A stretch of 64,000 nt of DNA from Eledone cirrhosa (GCA_964016885.1 OZ024742.1:288858001-288922000); one strand, 5' to 3'. Counted from the stretch's first letter, positions 24,939-40,464 are shown. Made by a program: numbers and translations. The notes: a model not told the origin generated them from the letters alone.

Positions 24939-26127
24939 TGTATGTGAGGCAAATACAGTGGAGTAGGAAGTAGGCTCTTCATAAACTTCTATGGCTTGAC
25001 TTCCTCAGTCACAGTAACTTCGTTTCTGTTAATATTATCACACGCCCTATTCCACTTCTCCCATCCACCTACATTCATTAAAACTGTTGTGACATCTTTG
25101 TGGCATCTAAGAAATTTGTTTTTATTGATTATGTGGTTGTTATTGTTGTTATTTTCATTTGCTAGCCATATCTAAAAACATTTTTGTTAATTAAAATGTT
25201 TATAGTATCTTTACTAGTCAACAGACTGTTTTGAAAACTTTCAGTGTTAGAGTAAAGTACTGTTTTGTACTTTAAAAGAATGTGTTTCTAATGTGGTTTG
25301 TTAATTCAAATGATTATAGTTTAGGTTAAGGTTGTTGACAGGGAGATAAAAAATATATACCATCTAACCCATGCTAGCGTGGAAAACGGACGTTAAACGA
25401 AGATGATGACGATGATGATGATGATATATCATATATACTTGTATATAAGCTGAAAAATAATCAATGGTAAAATGGGGTTTGGCTTATATTTGAGGTCAAT
25501 ATTTTGCCTATTTTCACCAATTTCAGATAAATAAGGTGCTAAAATATTTTTCTATGGAGGTGAATATTACACCAGTTTTACTTTGAAGGTGAAAATTGCA
25601 CCGATTTTATTTTCACTTAGGAGGTGAAAATTACACCAGTCTCACTTTGGAGGTGAAAATTACACCAGTTTCACTTTGGAGGTGGTGAGATTTCTTTTTC
25701 TTATTGTTTTTGAGGTGTTTTGAATGAATATGGCCTTCAAAACTGTCTGGAATAGGTAAAAAATCATTACATAATGAAGTTGTGAAACAAGAACTATTCT
25801 ATAAATGATTTTAAATATCCAAAATATTAAAACACTCATGAGAATTTCTAAACCATGACATCTAAACTGTGTTGATTAGCTGTCTCTGCTTATACATGGG
25901 GTTTGGATTTTGTTTTTAGCTTCATTAACAAGTCTAATGAGTAGATTGAACCTTGAGTCAATCATCTATGAAACATACGTAACTGGTCGCTAATCAATAA
26001 ACACATTTGTGTGAAACTTCATCATGTTATATATAATTTATACACTGTGCTCTAGTATTGAGTGCTAATATTGATGCCACCTCTAGTATCCCACAAAATA
26101 AATTTTTTTTATTTAACAATCGACTTT

Positions 26128-26332
26128 CATCAAATCGGACCAAGGAAACAATGTTTCCGTTGGTCTTTCCAATTGCTAATACTATCTATCGGTCGCAACT
26201 CCAGGTAGAAGGAGCAACATGAAATAAAGTGTCTTGCTCAAGGACATAATGCATCACCCGGTCCGAGAATCGAACTCACAACCTCATGATTGTGAATCCA
26301 ATTCTCTAACCACTCAGCCACACGCCTTCACA
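26128..26332 (-). mobile_element. Second tRNA-derived SINE family
   Basis: Minus strand A-box TGGCTGAGTGG, B-box GAGTTCGATTC, then GTCCTTGAGCAAGACACTTTA; copies at 54605-54814 (-), 14362-14700 (+) and 61365-61480 (+). Confidence 0.75.
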
Positions 26333-26390
26333 AATAAACTATATTTATATATACATACACACACATATATGTATATATATTATATATATG

Positions 26391-26434
<44 letters not shown>

Positions 26435-26829
26435 TATATACACACACACACATGTATGGCTATATGCTTATATATATATATATGTGTATGTGTGTACCTG
26501 CTGTTATTACATTCGTCAAAATATTTCGTCATTACCAACTCAACACTTGCTCTAATTCACAGAAAGCCTCTTTAAAAAAAAACCTCCCCCAAAACACCAG
26601 AGAAAGAAAAAAAACTGAAAAATAATTTTGCTGAAAAGTAAGAAGGAAGAATGTCAATGAAATCTAATGGCTTCAATGAATAATTGAATTGAAAAATATC
26701 AGCTCTGATGATTCAATGAAATATATTGATTTTTGCCACTTGTGAAGATAGTTTTTGTCAGCTAGTATCATCTGGACGCCTACGTTAACGTATCTGCTGG
26801 ATTGCAGTTGGAGATAACATAGAGATAGT

Positions 26830-27135
26830 CATCTTCCATGACAGAGGATAAAGAAAATAATGTCTTCCTCCATGATGGAAAACAGAATGCAGTGATCTCC
26901 TCCATGGTACAACATAAAGGAATGCTTCTTCCATGATGGAAGAGGGAGATAGGAATGTCCTCCATGATGGAAGAGGGAGATAGGAATGTCCTCCATGATG
27001 GAAGAGGGAGATAGGAATGTCCTCCATGATGGGAGATAGAGATAGGGATGTCCTCCATGACAGAAGGTAGAGAAAAGAATGATTTTCTCCATGATGAAAG
27101 ATAGACAAAGGAATGTCCTCCATGATGGAAGATAG
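26830..27135. repeat. 31-bp minisatellite
   Basis: Unit TCCTCCATGATGGAAGAGGGAGATAGGAATG. Confidence 0.88.
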
Positions 27136-27604
27136 AAGTGTTTTCTTTTTCTTGAGCTCTTGAAAAATGTGACCTTTTTTTTTAAAGGTGATAGGATGTG
27201 ATGGTGTACTGGTATAGTGTAATGGTGAGATGATATTTTGTGGTGGTATGGTGTAGGTATATGGTACAGTGTGGTGTAAGGGTATGATGGTATATGTAGG
27301 AGATTTGGCTGCTATTTCTACTGGTTGTGCAATGAAAGATTAATATTGTCTTTATGCTATATGTTATTGTCTTACACTGATTCCTTAATCAGACCTTATG
27401 GAGAAAGTTTTAGAAGCATGACCTTGCTAAGGATGATAAAAGAAATCTCAACCAGGCAGTGATCCATGTATTGTGAGAGATTATAATCCTCCTTAGGAAC
27501 TATTGTACTCTACTTCATCAAAACAGAATATTTTGTGGAAACATAGCAGCTTTAGACATGTTTGCTATATCTGGGTTGTGGGTGGGGTGGAAGGCATGTG
27601 AACT

Positions 27605-27872
27605 GTAAATAACTGCAATAACAACAGTAACAGCAACAATAGGAGCAGCAAAAACAACAGTGACAAAAGCAGCAAAAACAACAATAGCAACAGCAAAAAC
27701 AACAGTAACAACATCAACAATAACAGTAATAACAACATCAGTAGCAACAATAACACCAGGAACAACAATGACAACAGTAGCAGCAACAGCATCAACGACG
27801 AAAACAACAACAACATTAATAATGAAAACACTATCATCAACAACACTAGCAATAACAACAACAACAACAATT
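27605..27872. repeat. Degenerate (AAC/AGC)n trinucleotide tract
   Basis: Direct reading. Confidence 0.9.
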
Positions 27873-29447
27873 GACCTCAACATAATATAAACTCCGAAGT
27901 CAGTGAGCCATGAAAAATACTAAGGCATTTATTATACCGCTCCAATGACTCCACCAATTCACCGTCAAGTAGGATTTATAGCATTTTAAAGAAGGCAGAA
28001 TACTAGAATTAGAATGAAATGTTTTAAGAGATTCTGCTAGAAGAGTGTTTGGTTTAACAAGGTGAAAGGTGTGTAAAGGATGTTTAAATATGACATGCTA
28101 TTCTAACATTACATTGAGATTTCTTACTAAACTGATTCATAGTTTCCTTCTTATCTTTTAACCCTTTAGTTACCAGCCCTGGCCAAAACCGATTCTGGTT
28201 CTATGAAATAAAGCCACACATTTTAAAGGTTTCCAATTTAAATTTAAATCTTCCAACATAATTTTATATAAGGACCTTACATTGAGCTATTATCTTACCA
28301 ATCCAGCCAAAACCCGCTCTGATTCTATGAAATAGAATCACCCATGTTAAAGGTTTCCAATTTAAATTAAAATATTCCAAAATAATTTTATATAAGAACC
28401 TTACATTAAGTTACCATTTTGGTAATGAAATAATTAATAACTTTAGTAAATCCCTCAAAATTCTTCATTAATTAATTAAAATAAAGTGTATTTCATTAGA
28501 AATGTGGCCATGAAAAGGTTAATGTCCTGTACTTCATAAAGCCACATTAACAAGATTGCAAATTTTTGCAACAAAAACTATCTGTCTTCTTAAAGTTTTT
28601 GTTGTTGGATCTCTGTTGGTTCTGATGATGAATGTTCCAGTTGATTAGATCAATGGAACAGCTTGCTTATGAAATTAACTTGCAAGTGGCTGAGCATTCC
28701 ACAGATACGTGTACCTTTAATGTAGTTCTCAGGAAGATTCAGCATGACACATTGTGTGGCAAGGGTAGTCTTTTGAATTACAGGTACAACTCATTTTTAC
28801 CAGCTGAGTAGTATAACATGGTGCTATACCCAATGACTGGTATAACAACATCAATGTCAACTGCTACAAGGGTAAAGGTGATGCACTAGACAAGGGAAAC
28901 TAGTGGCTTGCATTCTCAGCAGCTCCAGTGGGTAAGGAAACTAGGGGTAAATGAGTGGCTTGCATTCTCAGTGGGTAGCAGTGATGTGAGAGGAATATAT
29001 AGTCTTGATAAGGGGCAATAACTCTAAAACAATTGACTGTTTTCTCTCTGCTACTGGTGGAACAAAAGAATGATGTCAGTCATCTAGAAAACACACATGG
29101 TGTCATGAGGCTGTTTGCTTGCAAACGAACTGAATATTAATAATATTGTTATTATTCACTCATGAATACATTTAAGTATCCACCATGTTAGAGCGAAAAC
29201 AAATTTTGTTTATATATGTATGTATGTGTACACACACATATACATAATTGAATTTATAATAATGTCAGTGTCCCTTGCTGCTAATTAACTAAGTTAATTA
29301 ACATAAATCCTGTCTCATAATTATTGAGATTAATCAATTTATGTAACGTTTATAGTAACAATAAATCTCCAATGAACTTAACTGTGTTTAGTAGAATTTT
29401 GTATAAACTCACAAACACATATACATTCACACACATACATACACACA

Positions 29448-29489
<42 letters not shown>

Positions 29490-30571
29490 ATACATACACA
29501 AATACAAACATGCATACACACACACACACGCACATTCACACTCACACATTCACACATACATATATCTTTGTATGCTGATGACCTGGTTCTTAAAGTTGAA
29601 TCTGTGGAAAAGATTGCGACACAATTCCTGTTATGGAAACAGAAGTTAGATTCAAAAGGGCTCTGAGTAAGCCTACCCAAAGACCAGTATTATTAAATAG
29701 GGTCTAGGAAGTGGTCATGTTCATCATCATCATCATCATCATCATCACCATCATCATCATCATCCCCATTTAACGTCCATTTTTCCACGCTAGCATGGGT
29801 TAGACGAGTTGTCCTGTTGTGAGCAATGCCAGGTCAGGTGACCACGTTTTGTTCATACAGAATTGATTTTGGCTTCCTAATGCCAACCACATTTACAGTG
29901 AGTGCTGGATGCTTCTTCTTGTGTTACCTACATGACCACTTTATGGTGTGGGCTGGGTGCTTTTTGAGGTGACATCTACATGACCACTTTACAGGGTGGA
30001 CTGGGTTCTTTTTGTCGTGACACCTACACAACATGACCAGTATGTAGAAAAGAAGTAGGTAAGAACTTTATAATATGTACTCGTGAGGTAAACTAATAGA
30101 AAAGATGCACTGGAATAGTGTGTAGTAAGAACACCAGTGAAATAAACTTTTTCCAATCCTGGGAAGGCACTGTAGAAGTAGTTGATAGCTTCTGTTACTT
30201 AGGTGTCTTAATTAATAGTGGAGGTGGTTGCTCTGAAAGCATAGTAGCTAGAGTAAGAATAGGCTAGAAAAAGTATAGGGAGCTACTACCTCTGTTGACA
30301 TCAAAGGGAATTTCTCTATGAACTAAGGGCAGATTGTATGATACCTGTGTGAGAAGTGCAATGATGCAAAGCAGTGAAACATGGGTAGTAAATGCAGAGT
30401 ATATATATATATGGAAATATTTCGAATAAATTGTTGTAAAAAGCCATTTTGCATACTTATTCCTCACTATATATATATATATATATATATTTTCCACTTC
30501 TACCAAGTGTGAACCTAATATAACTGTATAATTGCCTCCTGTGTTTTGTTTGTTCATTTTCAACTATACAT

Positions 30572-30611
<40 letters not shown>

Positions 30612-31706
30612 CACAAGGATAAATATATTCAGATAAATAAAGAATTATACCAATAACGTTTCAAGCTCAATGCAGTTCCACAATCACCAAGTCAAATCTT
30701 CTCATCACAGGTATGATTCATAAAAATGTTTAGGAATCAAACTTCAAGTAAATAAATCCAAATGAGCCACATGAATGCAATGATACAGAGCGCATAGATA
30801 CATGAATAACCAAGATGAAAAATTAAAACATTTTATTCTTCTTACATGGGTTTCTACAAAAATGAGCAGAAAAATATAAAGAAAAAAAATAAAATTGTGA
30901 AAAACCTTGCTGAATCTCCATTATTCATATAATATCTATATATAATAATCTGAGCTGTGACTCAATGAGTTAGATATTAATTCTGCTCATTCTTGTGTCA
31001 TCAGAGAATTCATAAAGTTTTTAAAGAAATAATGTCAGTGAAAAGGTATCCTTATATCACAATTACGTGATATAAGAAAAATAATATACCTGTATTAATA
31101 ATTATTAAAAAAACAAGCGCTAAATTTTAAATGACAATGTCATTAATCTTTCCTAAGAGATAGCGAAAGACAAAAAAAATCAAGAGAGAAAGAATGTAAT
31201 ATGGTAAGTAATATATTAGAGTGAAAACATCTGTATGATAAGAGGAAATATATAGATATGATATTAAAGATTATGGATATAATAAAACATATAATATAAT
31301 AAATGTGGAAGTAAACTGTGCTACTTGTATGGAGATTATAAATTCACAAAATTTGTAAACAATTTCTGGGATATCACCGGTAATATTACAAGTTGCAGAG
31401 ATACGGCAAACTATAATACTAATCAAACTAATATTTAATGATAATTATTATAATTTAATAATATCAATCTATATATGAAAGAAGTAAATCTTATTTATGC
31501 CATTAAGTTTTTGGAAACATTGAGATTAGAATTTTATTATTACTTTAAAATTATTATTTTTCATTATATATTTGTTTGAAAATATATAATATTTGCCACA
31601 ATGCAGATAAACATAATAATAGTCGATAACTAATTAGGTGGTTAAATAAATTGAGTAAAATGCCCCTAGGAACATGCAAAAGTGAACATACCATTTGTAC
31701 AACATA

Positions 31707-32055
31707 CTCTTAGGTCTCGATTAATACCTGCTTATTATTTTTTCAGATTTTTTCCAACCCTTACTCCCGTTTTTATTCCCTCCCCACCGCTTATTAAATT
31801 TTGCTAATCTATCTTCAGTGAAATTTTATTTTAGGTGGTAGCATTCCTGTGACTAAAAAACATTATACATGACAAAAAAATACATTACTAGAAATCCCAT
31901 ATGTTATAAAATAAATAGAATGGGTTGGGGGGTCTCAATATGCAAACTAAATGACTAATTCTGGTTTTAAAAAAAAGGGGAGATAACCTAGAAAAATTAT
32001 CGATGTTCCAACCTCCTCCAATTATTCCACCCCCTTATTATTTGAGACCTGAGAG
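31707..32055. mobile_element. Tc1/pogo-type MITE
   Basis: TIR CTCTTAGGTCTCGATTAATA / TATTATTTGAGACCTGAGAG with TA flanks; partial end copy at 42781-42828. Confidence 0.7.
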
Positions 32056-33216
32056 TAACTGTTTTCAGCTGTAGGACATTTTATTGCCATTTGTTTACAG
32101 AGTCACTTTGCTGTTCTGGACGAAAGACACTCACTTGTTGTATCCAGTCTCTATATTGTTGTGTTGTCTCACTTGCATCTTTCTGGTGGCTTGTTCAAAC
32201 CATCATGCAACCTGGGCTCAATATTATGTGATATCACACTTATGCACGAAATTGCATAGTGGGCGGGTGTCTAATGAGGTAGTTAGATGATTCTATTTGT
32301 TCATTCCAAGAAAGAATGTAGTCAGGTGGAGGAGGTTAAGAGGAAGGGGTAGAGAGGTGGTAGCGCTGGCTGAATGGAACAGTTTGGGAGGGAGCTGTGG
32401 TGGTAGCTTGTGTATACGTATGTGTGAGTGTGTGTGCATGTGCGTGTGTGAGTGCATGTGCGTGTATTGGTGGTACAAGGGTGAAAGTAGTAGTAAACAA
32501 GGTTATTAGTAGTTGGGACTGTTGAGTTTATATATATATCTTCATCATCATCATCATTGTTGATTAACGTCTAGTTTCTGGCTGGTTTTCTACGGCTGGA
32601 TGCCCTTCCTATATATATATATTTATATATATATCATCACCATCATCATCGATTAACGTCTATCTTCCACACTAGCATGGGTTACACGGGAATTGTCCCA
32701 CTTGAGGCAAGATTGGTCAGGTGACGTGTCTCGCTCGTATAGAGCTCTCTGGCAGGTTTTCTATGGCTGGATGCCCTTCCTAACACCAACCACGTTTACA
32801 GTGTGGACTGGGAGCTTTTTACCGTGTTACCTACACGGCCACATTACAGCGTGAACTGTGTGTTTTTTTGTCGTGACACCTACACGACCTCATTAGTTTG
32901 GACTGGATGTTGTGCTATCAACTTTACAGAGAAAGGGTGGTGTTGGTGGGAGTGGGAGGATGGAGTAGGGGTAGTAGGTTGGGGTGTATATTTGGTTAAG
33001 AGGTGCCTACTGACTGTAGGTTTCACTTTGTACATAGGCAAGGTGGGTCTTCTGTATTACTACGTGGCGCCAAAGATCTCAGTCCAGTGACATTGTCTTA
33101 GAGAGGTGCAAGTGTGTAAGGTCGGCATTTATCAAATCATCCCAGGTTTTTCTGGGTATACCTGCTCCGTAACTTCCATCAATTTTGATCGCCCTGCACT
33201 TTTTTATATATATATT

Positions 33217-33259
<43 letters not shown>

Positions 33260-33275
33260 TAAAATAACAGATTAA

Positions 33276-33326
33276 AGTTTAAGCAAAGAATCGCTGCTTT
33301 CACCCTTAACGGGATCTTCTGAAACT
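33276..33326 (-). ncRNA. Hammerhead-like motif, U4A core variant (homolog at 58277-58321)
   Basis: Minus strand: AGTTT-CAGAAGA-TCCCGTTAAGGGT-GAAA-GCA..TGC-TT-AAACT; all three stems pair. Confidence 0.5.
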
Positions 33327-33748
33327 CATATATATCAAATATATAAGAACTAGGGTTCTTATATATTTGATATATATTTATCCCTATCGAGCCCTCATTG
33401 GATTTTAGTCTTCACATTTATTATTATTATTATTATGACGCAGGACCGTGACAAGTGGAGAGATGCTGTGCTGAATAGGACCCGTCCAACCCTTGCAAGC
33501 AGAGAAAAGCAGATGTAAAATGATGATGATGATGATAACAATGTTAAAAGCTCAAGAGGGTAAAGTTATGCCAACAAAATTTCAAGCTCAACATGGTTTA
33601 AATTTCAGTAAAGAAAATGAATCAATTCATCAGAGGTACAATATGGTACATAAAATTAAACTTTGCATAAAGAAATCTGATATGTTGCATGAATGTAGAT
33701 GCACAGAGTATTTAAATAAAAATGGTTAAAGGAGCAAGACAAAGGAAT

Positions 33749-33976
33749 TTAACCTTTAGCATTTACGTTACTCTATATTTACTATTATATTTTCATAGTA
33801 AAGGCTTTATCTTACATAATTATCTCACAGAATATCGAATCTTTGAGAATTTGATATTATTCATTTTGAGAACAATACTTTAACATCAGTAAGAGTGGCC
33901 AGTTACAGCCAGTTTGAACAGAAAGACATGAGAGAATTCTGGTAGAATACGGCTGGTTTAAATGATAAAGGGTTAA
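33749..33976. mobile_element. piggyBac-like MITE
   Basis: TTAA-CCTTTAGCATTTA...TAAATGATAAAGGG-TTAA; copies at 40961-41188 and 53178-53405; related TTAA-flanked elements at 8013-8259 and 28158-28522. Confidence 0.7.
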
Positions 33977-34079
33977 AACATTATATCTGTCTTACACATG
34001 TTTCAACAGAAAAGAATACGATCATGAATACAAACCGCTGAAATGGGGTACTGCTGAAGGGCGGAGTAACGTTACCCAA

Positions 34080-34380
34080 TAGAGTGTGTAGCTTGGAGAA
34101 CAGCTCATGGTACAACGGGCTTGTGGTTAGAACGTCTCATGAAAGAATTGGACAGATTTTATGGGCAAAATCAATTGGCAAGAGAGCCAAGGGTAGATCC
34201 CGAGCAAGATGGTTGGATAACATCCATACGCTTGGCTGGTCTTGCTTGGGGATCCAGGTGAATCAGTTGGAGATGGTTGCTTCTGACAGGATCCACTAGA
34301 AGAAGTGTTTGAGGACTCTGCCCCCATGACCCTCTCAGGAATAAGTGGGTAAAGAAGAAGAAGAAGAAGAAGAAGAAGAA
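34080..34380 (+). mobile_element. 3' end of a second RTE-like family with (GAA)n tail
   Basis: GKRAKGRSRARWLDNI..ASDR; homologs at 36540-36760 and 51860-52140; fragment 12170-12480 (SWEYCQEVH..DLKMAFD) may belong to it. Confidence 0.65.
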
Positions 34381-36799
34381 TGTTACAATAGGAAAGAGAG
34401 GAAAGAAAAGAAATAGTGAAAGACTCACACAAGCTCCATTATTATATATTGAGTCCAATTGATTGAGGATGGGAATTATGTAAGCCGGATGCATGCCTCT
34501 GGATTACCTGATAGTCAGTGTGTTCACGAGTACTGACTGGTCATTGACAACATGTCCAGGAGAGGTGATTGCGCTGGTATAGACATGTGATGTGCATGGA
34601 TGATGATTGTTGGGTAAAGAATTGTTAAGAATTCCAGTGGAAGGAAGTCACAGCTGAGGAAGACCAAGAAAAATATGGGTGGAAGTTGTGAGAGAAGATC
34701 CAAGGTCATTGAAGCATGCCGAAGAAATGACAAAGGATCATAGTGAGTGGTGAGATAATGAGCTGAAAAGGACCTGTCCAACCCATGCAAGCTTGGAAAA
34801 GCAGATGTAAAAAGGATGATAATGATGATGATGATATATATATATATATACACACAGTTTTGGGCAGATACAAATATGTTTGCTACTATGTTGTTTCAAG
34901 TAGTTTTCTCTTTTTCAAATCTCTCTCTCTCTGTCTCTTTCTATATCATCATCATCATCATGATATATATATATATATATATATCCAGGTGACTCTGGTT
35001 TAGAATAGGTACACTGTATCTCTGTGTGTCATAAGGCATAACTAAAAAGGTTGACGTTGACCAGGGCATCCCACTGTAAAACATTGCCTCAAAAAGTTCC
35101 ATTCAACACATGCCAGTATGGAAAATTGGACGTAAAAATGATAATCACAATAGTTTTCCCTCTTCAAAATCAGAAGTGGATATCACTCAAGTGGAAATAG
35201 TTACTAATTTCATCATCCTTACAGATTTTAGAATAGATTTTATTTTTATCATTTATTGTTATCTGATCTAAGTATCGTTTATATGTTTAATGGAGTATAT
35301 AGGACAAAGAAAACAGTTTTCAAATCTAGTGTGTTTGTATGTATCTCTCTCTCTCTCTCTATATATATATATACGGCAATGTGACAGTGAATATTTAAAT
35401 AATTATGACCTTAGCAGTTTCAGAAGTTGAACAGAAAAAAAATGAATGGAATAACAATCATACACAAACACACAATAGTGACCTAAGATAAATATGAATA
35501 AATATACACTGGTAAAATAACAACAACCACACATAAACACACACTAGTGAGCAAAGATAGAATACAAACACACACAGACTCAGACACGAACTCACACCAA
35601 ACAGAAAACACACACACAAACAGAGACAAGAAAAAAAAATAGAATAGATATTACAATACAACGGGAGGAAACATAATAGTACCAGTATTGATGTCACAGG
35701 TGTGTGATGAAAGAACTTTGATAGACTATATATACATATTTATATCTATTTTTTAACCGTTGGTCAATCAAGGATACACATTGATTGCCAGCTAAATTAA
35801 CTATAGGGATATAAAATATACAGAAGCGAAAATCAATCCAAACCAAACAGTGAGTGTTTTATTATTATTTCTGGCAATATTATAACAATACGACCCTCCC
35901 CAAATATAACAACACACACACATGTATATATATATATAATTGAATAGCTCTGTTCTATACATAGTGCACTCCTTTTTCTTTTGCTTTTCCTTCGGAATTA
36001 CCTAACACACACATATATATATGTATATGTATATGTATATATATATATGTATATATATATATCATCTTCATCATCATCATTGTTTTAACATCCACTTTCC
36101 CTATTAGCAAGTGTTGGACGGGTCCATACAGACCAAGTCAGTACTGAGGCAGAGCCAATGATCTCCCTGGCAGGTCAGGGATCTGTGTCTCGCTTATGTA
36201 TGGTCTCATGTTCCACATATCTATGTTTGAATTGGGGCAGTGCTGGTGCCACGATAAAATGTAACCAACCCACTCTGTAAAGTGGTTATGCTGGTATGAT
36301 AAAACCATACAATACACTCTGTGAAGTGGTAGTACTATTGCCATGATAACATGCACCCAGTCCACGCTGCAAGGTGTTATTACTGCTGTCATGATAAAAT
36401 GCACCTAATACTCACTATAAATTGATATTAGGAAGAGCATCTCACCATAGAAACCATGCAAAAATGGAACATATGTGCAAGATGTGGTCAGCTGAAGTCA
36501 ACTGCAGTTAAAATGTCTCAGGAAATGTCTTAGGAAAGAATCACTGGACAGATTTTACAGGCAAAAACCAACTGGCAGGAGACACAGAGGTATTCCCTGA
36601 GCAAGATGTTTGGATAACATCTATGAGCTTGTCTGGTCTCGCCTGGGGATCCAGGTGGATCAGTTAGAGATGGTTGCTTCTGACAGGACCCGCTAGAAGG
36701 AATGTTTGAGGACTATCCCAATGACTCTCTCAGGCATAAGTGGGTGAAGAAAAAGAAGAATATATACACACACACATACACACATATATATATATATAT

Positions 36800-37450
36800 A
36801 ATGAAAAATTGAACGGGAACAAAACAGAGAGGCAGTACAAACAAATGTTTATTAATTTCACGCTCTTGAGAGTGGGGTGGTGGTGGGGAACGACGTTTCG
36901 GATATAAGCCCTTCTTCAGGTGAAAAGTGTGTGGGAAGAGAGTTCAAAGGGTGTGTAGGGGAGTGGTGAGAGACATATAGCAAAAAGGGGTGAGAGGAAA
37001 CGGTGCAAATGAAATTAAAAATAAAGGCATGATCAAAATAAAATTAAAATGGGGTAAAACAGGTGGTGGAAGGGTGTGGGGCGTGTAGGGGTGGTGGCGG
37101 GTGGAGTGGGGAGAGGGAGACGGGGTGTCCGAGCGGGGAGGGCTGAAGGTGGTGTGTGTGTGTAGGTGTACGTGTGTGTGTGTGTGTGTATGTGAAAGCA
37201 AGGGTTGGGGGGAGAACGGGGTTGCATGTTCAGGAAGAGGTGTGTGTGGGGTGGGTGTAGGTCGGAGTGTGTGTGCGTGTGTGGATAGAGGGGTGGGGGG
37301 AGAGGATTCCGGAGGCTGAATGTGTAAATATGTGGTGGTACGCACGTGTGTGTGGTGTTTATGCGTGATGTGGGTGTAGGTGGCGTGTGGGAAAAATTTT
37401 TTTTGGGTGTGTGTGTGTGGGTGAGTCATAAAGGTAATTCCGTAAAAAGA
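36800..37450 (-). mobile_element. Penelope-like 3' end remnant
   Basis: C/A-rich low-complexity UTR on the minus strand followed by minimal hammerhead CTGAAGAAGGGCTTATATCCGAAACGTCG and AATAAA; between (TA)n tracts. Confidence 0.6.
36888..36922 (-). ncRNA. Minimal Penelope-type hammerhead
   Basis: Minus strand: AC-CTGAAGA-AGGGCTTATATCC-GAAAC-GTC-GT, loopless stem III. Confidence 0.62.
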
Positions 37451-37588
37451 TGTATATATATGAATAATAAAATGAATGAATATATATATATATTCATTTT
37501 ATTAGCCTTAATAAAATGAATAGTAAAACTCTACTATGGTATTAAGTATTCTTTGCTCTCAGTTGTCAACCACATACAGATATATGTG

Positions 37589-37619
<31 letters not shown>

Positions 37620-40277
37620 ATACATATATATAAAGTAACAAACATGCAAACATGAAGGTTTTATAAAAATATAATATTGAAAGAGAAATTCACTAATTGT
37701 ATTTACTACAAAATGTTTGTAATTTTACACCAGGTGTTTTTCACTCTCTAATAAATACCTGTCATTGACGATTCCATGCCTATTTTCTCTTTTTCTTTTG
37801 CCAAACGCCTCCACAAATGGAAATATCTAGTTCTTGAAAATATCTAGTTTTTGTTATAACTACAAGCTAAATGTGTTTGCTGATCATTTCATATAGTTTG
37901 CCAATGTTCTTAAATGTATTTATAGAAACATTAAGTGTTAAACTGAAGTAAATGATGCATGAAGATATGAAGAATTAATGGGTTATAGAATCAAAATCTG
38001 CATACTAAATAGATAGAAACTCTAGATATAGCCTGAGGGTTAATACTTGCTTAGAGATGTCAAATTGTTGTCAATGAGAGATGAATATCTCTCATCATGA
38101 AGTATCATTTGCTGCATGTAGTGGTATGAGATGTGTGGTGACATGTAGTGGTGTGTGGTGATGTGTGGTGGTGTGTTGTGGTATGTGGTGGCGTGTGGTG
38201 GTGTGTGGTGGTATGTGGATTACTTGGAGGTACTCAGTGGTGTGTTGTGGTGTGTAGAGAAATTTTGTATTATATGGTATCATGTGGTGTCATGCGGTGG
38301 TATTTGGTATAATGTGGTGGTATGTGGTGATATTTGGTATCATGTGGTGTCATGTGGTGATATCTTGTATGTAGTGGTATTTGATATCATATGGTGTCAT
38401 GTGATGATATCTTGTATGTAATGGTATTTGATAGCATATGGTGTCATGTGGTGGTATTTGGTATCATGTGGTGTCATCTAGTGATATCTTATATGTGGTG
38501 GTATGTGGTGGTATGTGGTGTCATATGGTGTCATGTGGTGGTTTGTGGTGTCATGTGGTGGTATTTGGTATCATGTGGTGTCATTTAGTGATATCTTATA
38601 TGTGGTGGTATGTTAGATTTAACATTGTCTGCTATGTTTGAACATTATATACTATCAGATGATGGTGACATATTCTCCCTCTTTCTGTCACACATGCACA
38701 CACTCTCTCTCTAAACAAATGACATTCCTTTTCTCTATTTATGTACATCTCTTTCATTTGGCATTCCCCCCCTCTCTCTATATAGATGAGGGCAACGTCA
38801 TAACTTTCTGTCTAGCTACCTCTTTCTGTCTCCTCGAAAACACATGGCGTTCCCTTTTCTCTCTCTATCTTTGTACATATCTCTTGCTTGTCATCTCTCT
38901 CTATATACATAAAGTGAGCGTGACGGATGGAGGGACGGATGGATGGACGGATGGACGGTCAGTCAGACAGACAGACAGGGCTCTTATTATAATGTAGATT
39001 AGTAATAAGTATCTATATAGTATTAGTAACTACCAACGTCTAGTCCTTACTCAAATTAAACCATTTTGTTAGTTTATTTTTATTAAAAAATACTGATTGC
39101 AATTTTGAAAATAATCAAGAAATTTGAGGGAAACAGGCAAATAACTAACTTTCTCATTATTAAGTTGGTGTTTGGAACATAATTTAACAAAGGTTCTTAC
39201 ATAAAATCATTATGATTGATTTTTAGACAAACATAAACACTTTAAAATAAATAGCTTTGTATTACAGAACTAGGGACAGTTTCAACTGACTTGGAAATTG
39301 CATGGATTAATTAGAAACTACCACAAAGTATTAAAGATCAATATGATGTATTAAATGTTTTATTTATAAGTCATACATATATATATATATATATATATAT
39401 GAGCAAGACAAGGTCAGCTGACTGGACACTGCCCACAACAGGACAACCCGTCTAACCCATGCTAGCGTGGAAGAACGGATGTAAAACGGTGATGATGTTG
39501 ATGATGATGATGATATATCATCATTTAACGTCCATTTTCCAATGGGTTAGACGTGTTGTCTCATTTGAGACAAGTCGGGTCAGATGACCAAATCTTGCTT
39601 ATACAGAAATGATTCTGGCTTGGTTTCTACAGCTGGATGCCCTTCCTAACACCAACCACATTTACAGTGTGTGCTGGGTGCTTTTTGTTGTGACACCTAC
39701 TTATAGCGTGAGCTGGGGACTTTGGTTAGGGAGGGGTGTAGGGATTGGGGTGGTATGTATAGGGGCATGTGTGAGGGACACAGTGTTAGGACATGAGTGG
39801 GGGTGATAGTACTATCAAACTGATCTCTCTCTCTCTCTATCTCTCACTTACCAACCCCTTTCCAATGAGACAGACATTTTACAGGAAATATACAACAGCT
39901 TTAATTTAATAAATATATATACACATGCATGTGAGTGCAAATATGTTGATACCTGTAGACCACCATATCCTTTACAGAAGATATGTATTTTTACAATATT
40001 TATTTTACTGAATTTTTACATTTTCTGGGGGATTTCAATTAAAAGCAAAATAAAAAAGAAAAATTAATGAAAACATCTTAATACAAATAAAAAAGTAAAA
40101 AAATGGATTCAAATCTTAATAGAAATAAAAAAAAAACAATACAAATAAGTATAAGTTTAATATCAATACAGAAATTTAAATTTGTCAATAAAGTGTATAT
40201 TGATTGTAAAGTATCTTATAGAGATTTGAGAGACACACTTGCCCAACCCTTGCTAGCAGGGAAGGCGAATATTAAAT

Positions 40278-40461
40278 AATTGTTTCTACTTTAGGCACAA
40301 GGCCAGCAATTACCCAGTGCATTACTGGTACTTTATTTTATCGACCCCGTAAGGATGAAAGGCAAAGTCAACCTCGGCGGGATTTGAACTCAGATCGTAA
40401 AGGGACGTAACTATGCTGGAAAGCATGGCGTCCGACCCTCTACCGATACTGCCAATCCACC
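40278..40461 (-). mobile_element. Same SINE family
   Basis: Reverse complement of 281-460; partial copies at 23762-23866 and 62467-62610. Confidence 0.82.
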
Positions 40462-40464
40462 GAA

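Noticed and set aside
26250-26332. tRNA gene candidates at A/B-box motifs
   Set aside because: No complete cloverleaf; they continue into multi-copy SINE bodies.
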